A DNA stretch of 64,000 bases, taken from contig CAWHYQ010000007.1 of NCBI GenBank assembly GCA_963833705.1, forward strand, positions 3,982 to 67,981, written 5' to 3'. Of the stretch, positions 56,278 to 64,000 are shown piece after piece. How positions within the stretch are numbered: the first letter of the stretch is position 1; every line of letters begins with the position of its first letter. The position numbers and the translations under genes were made by a program. The notes below the pieces were generated by a model. It was not told the DNA's origin. It saw nothing but the letters and a program-made list of their open reading frames with translations, and did no database searches. Source of the DNA: an uncultured Chloroflexia bacterium. GTDB lineage: Bacteria > Chloroflexota > Limnocylindria > Limnocylindrales > CSP1-4.

Positions 56278-58367
56278 GCGGTGCCCTGCGGGTAGTCGTC
56301 CGCCAGGTCGTCTCCAAAGATCCGCCACGCCGCCCGGGTGACTGCGAGGTCCTGCTCGATCCGCAGGTCGCGAGCAACCGACACATCCGACACATCCGGC
56401 ACATCAGCGGGCATCGCATCGTGCGGCACGCCGCCATGCGTGCCGCTTGTGTCGGATGTGTCGCTTATTGGCGAGGCGACATAGCGCTCCCAGGCAGCCT
56501 CGAAGTCCGCGCGCAGGTAGCCGTGAAACGGATTGCTGATGCCGCCGACCCGGTGACGCGTCGAGCGGATGCCGAATTGCTTCAGGAGCTTGGCGAGGTA
56601 GTGCGAGGTGATGGGCTTGCCGCGAATATCGCCCCACGGCGACTCCTCGATGCCGGTCAGGCCCTCGATCAGCTCAGTAGTTGCGATAAACGGACCGGTG
56701 AAGCGATCGAAGATCGTCTGGCAGTCAGTGAGGAGGCGCAGCTCGTGGCTGTCATCCGACGATGAACGTTGCGCATTGATGGTGACCGCCGCTGCGCGGG
56801 CACGGCGTGGCCAGTCCGCACCCGCGGCATCGGCGATCGCCAGTAATGACTCCCAACCGTCCTGCGCCCGATCATCGAGTTCCGCAGGCAATGCGTCGTC
56901 GGGCAGGGACAGGTCCTCGATCGCGCCGACCAGCGCTGAGATCGCGTCACGCAGCGGCGTTCCAAGGCGACGCGCGGTCTTCTCGCGCAATCGCTCCTGG
57001 CGTTCGCCGCGCGAGCGACGCTCCATCGGGATCACGATGGCCCGGTCGAGGATCGTGTCGGGCAGGCCGCCGATGCCCGCAGTTGCCTTGGGGCAGAACA
57101 CGTCGAACTCGACGAGCTCGAAGGTCTTGCCGCGCGGCGCCATGCGCGGCACCTTGGTGCCCCGTCGGTTGCCGCTGTTGAAGACCGAGCGGATGCCTTC
57201 GGTGCTGGCCGCCTTGTCGGCGAAGATCGCGTCGACCTCGTCGAGCAGGATGGTCGGGTGATCGTGGTCGATCTTCCGAAACAGGACAGATTCGGACGGC
57301 CGGGTGATCCGCCACGGCCGTGCGACCAGGAACTCGAGGACGTCGAGCACCTTGGTCTTGCCGCTCTGCTTGACCGCCGAGGTGAGGGCGAGCACCGGGG
57401 ACTGCTCGAGCCGATCGAGAGGCACATGAGTGTGGCCGACCCACAGCGCGATGGCATCGACGTAGGCCGGATCCGCAAAATGGACGAACCGGCCCAGGTG
57501 GATGGCGACGGCGTCGAGGGCTTGAGCAAGAGTCGGCGGAGGTGGCCCTTGCCCGTCGGTCCCGGAGTCCGGAGCCACCATCCACGCGACTCCGGTCTGG
57601 ATGAGACCGGATAGCTCGGGAGCAGATTTGCCGGCATCGAGCCAGTCGCTCACATCGCCCTTGGGTCGAAGCCCCGGAAGCTCGACAGTGGCTAAGCTGC
57701 TTGTGATTCCCTGGAGTGAGGACGCGACTGCCGTCGCGTGGGCGCGGCCCGGCTCATCGTTGTCGGGCAGGATCAAGACCCGGCGATTGCGCAGCGCCTC
57801 GCTGTATTCGGGTCGCCATTTGCCGGCGCCGCCGCTGTTGGTCGTCGCGATGAACCCGAGCCCGATGAGCCGATCGACGTCCTTCTCGCCTTCGACAATC
57901 AGTACCGGCTGATCGGCTTCCGCCGCCAGAAGCTCCGGCAGCCGGTACAGGACCCGGCGAACACCATCGAGGTTCCAGACCCAGCCGCCGACGCCGTCCG
58001 GGCGACGAACACTGAACCGCTTCGGCTCGCGCCGAACCACCTGATAGAGGGGTGCCCCGTCCTCGTCGCGGTAGTCGTACGTGACCACGATCAGGGATGG
58101 CGCTTTCGTGGTCGTTCTAGTGAAGAAGAGGTCGGACATCGTCAGCCCGACGGCCTCGACGATGTCCTCGGTTCGGCAGCCTCGGTGGCACCGAACGAGG
58201 ACGTCACCGGCCAGGTTTACCGAGACGCTCAGCGACGGACGCGTGTCCGGGTGCGCAGGACAGCGCGCGTACCAGCCTCCCGGGTGTTGTGACACGCGAT
58301 CTAGCGCTTCGAGCACGCGGTGGACGGCCTTGTCCGCGGCGCGATGGCTGGATTGCTCTTCGCCCAT
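56274..58367 (-). CDS. Element primase: CHC2-type zinc finger + TOPRIM + DUF3631-like domain
   Basis: ARCPAHPDTRPSLS..CHRGC, IVEGEKD, PDNDEPG, KGDVSDWL, SGKT, LLDEVD, DRAQDGWESL. Confidence 0.88.
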   Translation of the reverse strand: MGEEQSSHRAADKAVHRVLEALDRVSQHPGGWYARCPAHPDTRPSLSVSVNLAGDVLVRCHRGCRTEDIVEAVGLTMSDLFFTRTTTKAPSLIVVTYDYRDEDGAPLYQVVRREPKRFSVRRPDGVGGWVWNLDGVRRVLYRLPELLAAEADQPVLIVEGEKDVDRLIGLGFIATTNSGGAGKWRPEYSEALRNRRVLILPDNDEPGRAHATAVASSLQGITSSLATVELPGLRPKGDVSDWLDAGKSAPELSGLIQTGVAWMVAPDSGTDGQGPPPPTLAQALDAVAIHLGRFVHFADPAYVDAIALWVGHTHVPLDRLEQSPVLALTSAVKQSGKTKVLDVLEFLVARPWRITRPSESVLFRKIDHDHPTILLDEVDAIFADKAASTEGIRSVFNSGNRRGTKVPRMAPRGKTFELVEFDVFCPKATAGIGGLPDTILDRAIVIPMERRSRGERQERLREKTARRLGTPLRDAISALVGAIEDLSLPDDALPAELDDRAQDGWESLLAIADAAGADWPRRARAAAVTINAQRSSSDDSHELRLLTDCQTIFDRFTGPFIATTELIEGLTGIEESPWGDIRGKPITSHYLAKLLKQFGIRSTRHRVGGISNPFHGYLRADFEAAWERYVASPISDTSDTSGTHGGVPHDAMPADVPDVSDVSVARDLRIEQDLAVTRAAWRIFGDDLADDYPQGTA

Positions 58368-58471
58368 GACAGGTCCTCACATGGACCGTCCGACGGATCG
58401 GACGGCGAGGACCCGGAACGCTTACCTCTCCTGTTGAGGGCGCTCGTATCGGGAGGCTGCGGGGCAAGATA

Positions 58472-58880
58472 TCAGATTGGTCCGACCTTGACTACCTCAT
58501 TCGGCTCCATCGCCTGTCCAGTGTTGCAGGCATAGCAATAGACCCAGAACGGCCCATTGATGATCGGTCCCGCAACCTTCGATCCGCGCTGGCCTTTGCC
58601 TTTCGCGAATACGCGAGTCGCCGGTCCGAAACGACGATAGCCGTGGCCAGTCTGGGACTCGCGACCGTCCCGCTCGACGATGCGGGGATCTAACGTCGTC
58701 GTGCTTCCATGGAAGGATGTAGCCGCCCGAAAACGGCACAAACAGCCGGCCGAGTTGTGCGCCGCAATGTCGACACTGAATGTCCCAGCCCGATGTGATG
58801 ATGGTTACGTAGTCGTCGTCGGGCTTCGCGAGGTTATGGGCAGTGACTCGCCGGTATGCGCGAGTTTCGACGTCAGACAA
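58472..58880 (-). CDS. Hypothetical zinc-finger-like protein (frameshifted)
   Basis: GGAGG RBS; CRHC and CYAC in two adjacent frames. Confidence 0.45.
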
Positions 58881-58979
58881 CGCGGACCTCCAGCCTCACC
58901 TTGCAGAGAATCTCGGAGTTCTTGACGTGCCTCTTGACTCGCATCGATGCCCTATGCACCGGGGTCGGCGGATGCGCAG

Positions 58980-59590
58980 TCACGCCTCATCTGCCGATTG
59001 AGGTTGAGGTCCTCCACTGCGGGGCCAGGTTCGAAACCTTACAAACCGGTCGAGCGCCGACGAAATTAGGGTCTCCCAGTCGGACCTTTGGGGCTTGACG
59101 CCAAGATCAGTAATCAAGAAGCGAACGACGGACTCGAATGCAACCCGCTCACCAGGAAAATGTAGGCGGTCCAGGTCGTAGCCAGCGATCTGGCCGTCAC
59201 GATAGATGTGGAGATGCGGCTCGTGCGATCCCCCGGAGGTGGGGTGGTAGTGCCAGGCGATTGATTTTCTAGGCTCGTGATCTACGCGTTCGTACACGGT
59301 GTACGCGTATCCCGTCGTCGTGGCCTTCCACTCGCCGGGTGCGTAGCGCTCGTCCGGGGATTAGCCGGAATCCCTGGGTTGCACTTAAAATAGACCGGAC
59401 TGGCCCCGTCGCGTTTGAGTCGCAGAGGCGAGGGCATTCCGCTAAGCTGTATTGCGCGGTCAGTATCGGTGCCTCTGATCGTTGGCGCTTCGCACCACAC
59501 CGCGTGCGTCACGCACGTGAGAGGCATTTGGATGATACGAACGTATCGATTGCGTGCCTCGCGCGGGTCATACGCCGGTTCGCGCGCCAC
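58980..59590 (-). CDS. Putative toxin of a TA pair (His-rich WHYHP...PHLH; frameshifted)
   Basis: Two consecutive ORF pieces; follows a small helical ORF. Confidence 0.5.
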
Positions 59591-59596
59591 CGGCCA

Positions 59597-59851
59597 TCAG
59601 TGCCAGGTGCTCGACGACGGGGCTGTCCGGCGATTTCCTGCGTCCAGACGCCGAAGAAACTCGTCACCAGACATGTGCAGCTCGCGTTGTGCCAGGCGTT
59701 CAAAGAGAATCCGCGCCTCATCACGGCTCAGCTCCACGGCCGCGCCACTTCTACGGCCGCTCCGCAGCTTGCGTGCGATCGAGCTCTGTTTGCGGTTTCG
59801 AACTCGCTTCCAAATGCGAATCGGCCCTACCACACCTGCTCCTTTGGTCAC
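59597..59851 (-). CDS. Putative antitoxin-like small protein
   Basis: LSRDEARILFERLAQRELHMSGDEFLRRLDAG. Confidence 0.5.
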   Translation of the reverse strand: MTKGAGVVGPIRIWKRVRNRKQSSIARKLRSGRRSGAAVELSRDEARILFERLAQRELHMSGDEFLRRLDAGNRRTAPSSSTWH

Positions 59852-59994
59852 CTTCTACTCCTAGGGAGTATGCCCGTCAATCCCTTTCAGAGCTCGTCGT
59901 CGGCAAGCTTGTGAAAAACGGTGCTCCGACGCCAATAGCCTCGGCTACATCTATCCAAGCCTTGTCTGTCTCGCCCTCTAGTCGCCTCAGGTAG

Positions 59995-60315
59995 ACGCTC
60001 GTAACGGCCAAGCTCGAGTGGTCGAGGAATGAGCTGTTCGCGGTCGGCAAGCTCGACTCGCATTTTGGCGATCATGCGGCCGAATGGGGCGTGGGAAACA
60101 TCACCAAGGAGGCGTATCTGAAACGAGCGAGGAGTCTCCTCTCGGCACCGGAGGGAGGCGACATCCTGGGGCATACGAGGCCCAATGGCGATGTCCTGCG
60201 CTACAACCACCGGACCAATGAACTCGCCATTGCCCGGGCCGACGGTACGATCAAGACGATGTTCAGACCGAGGGATGGGTACGAGTACTGGCTTAGTCTG
60301 CTCGTGCCGCGATGA
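59995..60315 (+). pseudogene. Orphan toxin C-terminal fragment, BECR-like RNase
   Basis: LDSHFGDHAAEW...YLKRA...DVLRYNHRTNELAI...GTIKTMFRP..GYEYW; no N-terminus. Confidence 0.65.
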
Positions 60316-60593
60316 CACGCCTAACGCCGTTTCCGTGCCCTTGCTGTGGATTTCTCACGTTTCAGGAGGAACCGCCGGGGACATTTGACATCTGCCCCGT
60401 CTGCGGATGGGAGGATGACAATGTTCAATTCGAGGATCCGTGGAGGAAAGGCGGCGCCAATCGAGTGAGCCTCAGCGAAGCGCGAAGCAACTTCCTCGAA
60501 ATCGGCGCCTCCTCGACCGATCGACTCGAGCGCGTGCGAAATCCTACGCCGCTCGAATACCCGAACGGCCACCCAGATAGGCAAGGAACTTAG
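60312..60593 (+). CDS. CPCC family cysteine-rich (immunity) protein
   Basis: CPCCGFLT...DICPVCGWEDD...GGANRVSLSEARSNF; ATGA-coupled to the toxin fragment. Confidence 0.88.
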   Translation: MTRLTPFPCPCCGFLTFQEEPPGTFDICPVCGWEDDNVQFEDPWRKGGANRVSLSEARSNFLEIGASSTDRLERVRNPTPLEYPNGHPDRQGT

Positions 60594-60744
60594 GTCTCCA
60601 TCCCCGCCTTCTGCTCTCATAGGCTTGGCGAGTGGCGATATCCCAGCGGAGTCTCTAGCCTGAGCCTGTGCCTGACTGAGGCACTGCTGCAGCGGCCGAG
60701 TACGCTGTCGCGTCGAAGACGATAGCGCGAGGTATCCGATGGCT

Positions 60745-61054
60745 GGAACTCGAGCTCCTTGATCCGGGCGCGCTCCTCGGTCGTGAGGCCGGCCCGGGTG
60801 CCGCGCTCGATCTCCTCCTGGTGGACCCAGTGGCGGAGCGATTGAGGGCCGATGCCGAGCTGCTTGGAGACCTTGCCCACGGCGCCGTGCCATTCACCCT
60901 GCTCGGCGGCCGTCTCGAACACGAACCGGACGGCCCGTTCCTTGATCTCCGGGGGTAGCGTCGCTGGTACTCGCCTTTGCGGGAGGGTCGTTGTTCTGCC
61001 ATGGCTCCATCTTCCTCCAAGGGATGGAGTCTCCATCAGACCCAGTACGGTTCA
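60745..61054 (-). mobile_element. Truncated IS3-family element (left end plus partial orfA)
   Basis: Terminus TGAACCG at 61054; orfA RRYPPEIKERAVR...LRHWVHQEEIERGTRAGLTTEERARIKELE. Confidence 0.85.
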
Positions 61055-61487
61055 GCTCACCCCAGGGCACCACGAGCTACGGCTACGACAACGCGGGCCG
61101 GCAGACCTCAATGACCCTGACCGGCCAGCCCCAGATCACCTACGGCTACGACAACGCCGACCGTATGACTTCCATCACCCAGGGGGCCGCATCCGTCGGC
61201 TCGACGTACGACGACGCCGGACGGCCGCTGACATCGACCCTGCCCAACGGCGTCGTGGGCACCTACACCTACGACGACGACTCGCACGTCAAGGCCATCA
61301 CGTACACGACCGGTTCGACGACCGTCGGCGACCTCTCGTACACCTACGACGCGTCGGGGCATCGGACGACGGCCGGCGGCAGCCTCGCCCGGGTGAGCCT
61401 GCCGACGGCGGTCAGCACGACCACCTACAACGCCGACAACCAGCTGACCAAGTGGGCCAGCGCCGCGACCCAGCCGACCTACGACCT
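61055..61487 (+). pseudogene. RHS/YD-repeat gene remnant, paralog of 52025-52457
   Basis: 433-bp colinear match with mostly synonymous changes; abuts the IS3 end. Confidence 0.9.
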
Positions 61488-61655
61488 TCCGGATGCGGGT
61501 TCGCAAACGCCAAGGTGTGGCAGTACGCGCAATCGGGACAACCAGGGTCTTGTCCTGGCTTTGAGAGCAACGGGCATTGCTCCAAGAGTTACGGCGGAAT
61601 TGCCCTCGTCATTGATCTGGACACCGCCAACTCGCCGAACCCGTCCGGCGGCTAG
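61488..61655 (+). pseudogene. C-terminal fragment resembling a DUF1906/GH25-like glycoside hydrolase
   Basis: AKVWQY...SYGGIALVIDLD. Confidence 0.4.
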
Positions 61656-61895
61656 CGCCGAACGCCAACCGTCCTGGAATATTGCGGCCCGCGACCGCGA
61701 CGGGCGGCGGGGGCTTAGACGATCCTGGGCCCCAGACCGCCGATTGGCTGACGTGGAGTCGACCCAGCGATTGATCGCCCGAGGGCGGATGGCCCACGTG
61801 AACCTTTCTGGCGGCTGAATTGTCTACAAGGCACGATGACCAGTGGGCATCCCGTCCGTTTAGACCGAGCACATCATTGGCGCGAGGCGTCTCCC

Positions 61896-62421
61896 TTGAC
61901 CGATTCGACCGGATGCTGGGCAACTCTGGTTTCGGCAGCTTGACGACCAGCAGTCGCGTCGAGCGTACCGATTGGCGGCGATGGTTCTACGGAACGCCAG
62001 CGAGGCCGAAGACGCAACTCAGGAGGCGCTGGCGCGGGCGTGGAAGCGGCGCCATACGCTGCGGACGCTGGACAGTGCGCCGATTTGGTTCGACCGCATC
62101 GTGTTGAACGTATGTCGCGATCAGCTGCGGCGCCGCAAGGTAATACGGTGGCTCCCGATGCCCCAAGGAGCAGGTGAGGCTGCCACCGACCAATTCACAC
62201 AAGCGCTGTTATCGGATGACCTATTTCGGGCCTTGTCTGGTCTCAACGTCGACCATCAGATCGTCGTAGTCCTCCGTTACTGGCGCGACATGACCATTGA
62301 CGAGATCGCCCAGCGACTTGACGTGCCAGTCGGAACCGTCAAGTCACGTCTCCACTACGCAATTCGCGATCTTCGAGCCGCGATGGGCGAAGCCACGAAG
62401 GATGAATTCGGCAATGAGTGA
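61896..62421 (+). CDS. ECF RNA polymerase sigma factor (start uncertain)
   Basis: AYRLA, AEDATQEALARAW, WFDRIVLNVCRD, EIAQRLDVPVGTVKSRLHYA. Confidence 0.9.
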
Positions 62422-63647
62422 TGACCAGCGCCAGGGGTTCGAGGACGACCTTCGGAGCCGGTTCCACGTGGTAATTACACCGGAAATGCCATCGACGATC
62501 CCAGCGACCGCGCGTCGATTGGCCACCGACCAATCGGCCTCCAAGCCCTATCGACGTCCTGGACTGGGTGCGTTCGCGATGTTGGTCGTTGCAGCCTTGG
62601 TGGTCGGCCTATTCGCGCGGATTCCCGTGTTCGGCCAGCCTTCAATTGGCCCATCGGGCGTCTCGACCCACGCTCTTGGTGCAGCGTCGGCGAACGTGTC
62701 AGCCAGCCCGTCGGCGACGGCAACGGCTCCTGAGAATCCTGGCACAAACGAACCGTGGACCAAACCATGGATACCGGTCGCTCTCGCGGCGCTCGATCAG
62801 ACCCACCTGGTCTTAGTCGGATCAACCGGTGACGGGATCGGTGATGCGGTCGTCGCCGCGAGCGATGATGGCGGTCATCAGTGGATGGCCGCCCGCCTGG
62901 GTCAACCCGCCCTCGACGGCGTCGCTGCCGTGGGTCAGATGCGGTGGGCAACGTCCACTTGTGCCCCGGATGCTTCGACGGACTGTCTCGGCGGTCTGAT
63001 CATCAGCCCCGACGCCGGCCGGAGCTGGCGGCTGTCGGCAGCCAAGGGTCTGTCCGATCCTGCCTTCGTCGATGTTGATCATGGTTGGGCGTTCGGGGCT
63101 GCAACGCCATCTTCGCCGTTGACGCTCCAGATGACGACCGATGGAGGGGAGACTTGGGCACCTACAGCGAGGTCCTGCCCAGCGACCGTTTCACAGGGCG
63201 TCGACGTCGAGTTCACGTCGCCTGTCAACGGGTGGCTTGCCTGTGCCGGCGACAGCGGGTCGGCTCGCAAGCGGAGGAGATCCCTAGGACGAACAACGGC
63301 GGCAGGATCTGGCAACCCGTTTCCGGCTGCGGGCCACGGACGGTAGTGGACGCGTCGGCATTATTCCTCTGAACGGGCTACTCGCTGGCATCTCAATGCG
63401 TGCATCCGGCGTCGGTTGGTTGTGGACCGATCGAGGGTTATTTGCGACCGTCGATCGGGGTCAGACTTGGACGATCATCGCTTACGACAATCCGGACGCA
63501 TCCACACCTATCGTGTCGGCAATGCTCGTCGGTGAACACGCTGGCTTCGCCCTGGTCCGGAATGGCGTTCAGAACGAAATGAACCTGGTCAAGACTGACG
63601 ACGACGGGCACACATGGGCCATCGTTGGTTCTTGGCCTCTGCGCTAG
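62414..63647 (+). CDS. Anti-sigma-like membrane protein with BNR/Asp-box beta-propeller (frameshift near 63270)
   Basis: Overlaps the sigma stop; TM helix; SDDGGHQW, SPDAGRSW, TTDGGETW, TDDDGHTW. Confidence 0.78.
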
Positions 63648-63901
63648 GGTGGTGGCCACCCCGGGAATGGGCGTGGCCGACAAGAACATCATTCCCACTT
63701 CCGGAGAGGCGCGGTCGCGGTTCGACTTTCGACGCAGCCGCCTGCTCCACACGGACCGGACCTTACGTTCGCATCGAACCTCCAGGCGAGCGACTTGGAA
63801 CGGCGAGACTGGCTCCGGTTCATTCAAGCCGACCGACGAGTGAGCACCCGACAGCGGTCGAAGACAATCCCGACCTTTACCCGTAAGGTGTCGGCCTGAC
63901 C

Positions 63902-63918
63902 TCCTCTCGCCCCGACCA
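63902..63918 (+). repeat. att core (tRNA-Pro 3' end copy), right end of island B
   Basis: TCCTCTCGCCCCGACCA identical to 43771-43787. Confidence 0.9.
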
Positions 63919-64000
63919 TTTCGACTTCTTCGTAGCCGAAGGCCGGCCGCAGGCCGTGTTCAGCGCCATCGCGCGTGGGCACTACGACCATTGTGTCCGT

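Larger units (their letters stand above)
54617..63918. mobile_element. Island B: second serine-recombinase element in tandem
   Basis: Bounded by att cores 54617-54633 and 63902-63918; recombinase, primase, toxin remnants. Confidence 0.85.

Noticed and set aside
61055-61487. RHS duplicate as a diversity-generating retroelement template/variable repeat
   Set aside because: Differences are mostly synonymous, not adenine-specific, and no reverse transcriptase is present.

Overview
This is a high-GC (about 70% by eye) bacterial chromosome segment; the gene style suggests Chloroflexota (Limnocylindria-like), which is inference only. Many genes carry 1-nt indels that look like long-read assembly errors. 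The core backbone includes a PPIase-mazG-rph-rdgB-LOG operon, an LCP protein, transporters, a two-gene PEP-utilizer phosphotransferase, tandem type III and type I glutamine synthetases and an MtrAB/GerMN-like locus. Three integrated elements sit at two tRNA-Pro genes. (1) A 5-kb tyrosine-integrase island (12291-17296) duplicates the 5' half of tRNA-Pro(TGG). (2, 3) Two tandem large-serine-recombinase islands at tRNA-Pro(CGG) are delimited by a 17-bp core at 43771, 54617 and 63902, and both recombinase ORFs end antisense inside the tRNA 3' end/att core. All three carry polymorphic-toxin/immunity cargo. The main candidate novelty is a 1.4-kb module shared by two otherwise unrelated islands (14433-15842 + and 45564-46974 -). 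It comprises a conserved promoter, a 300-450-nt leader with many hairpins, G-U pairs and loop-restricted or compensatory differences, and a wHTH + PD-(D/E)XK replication-relaxation family gene. This suggests an undescribed structured-RNA/nuclease-relaxase system.
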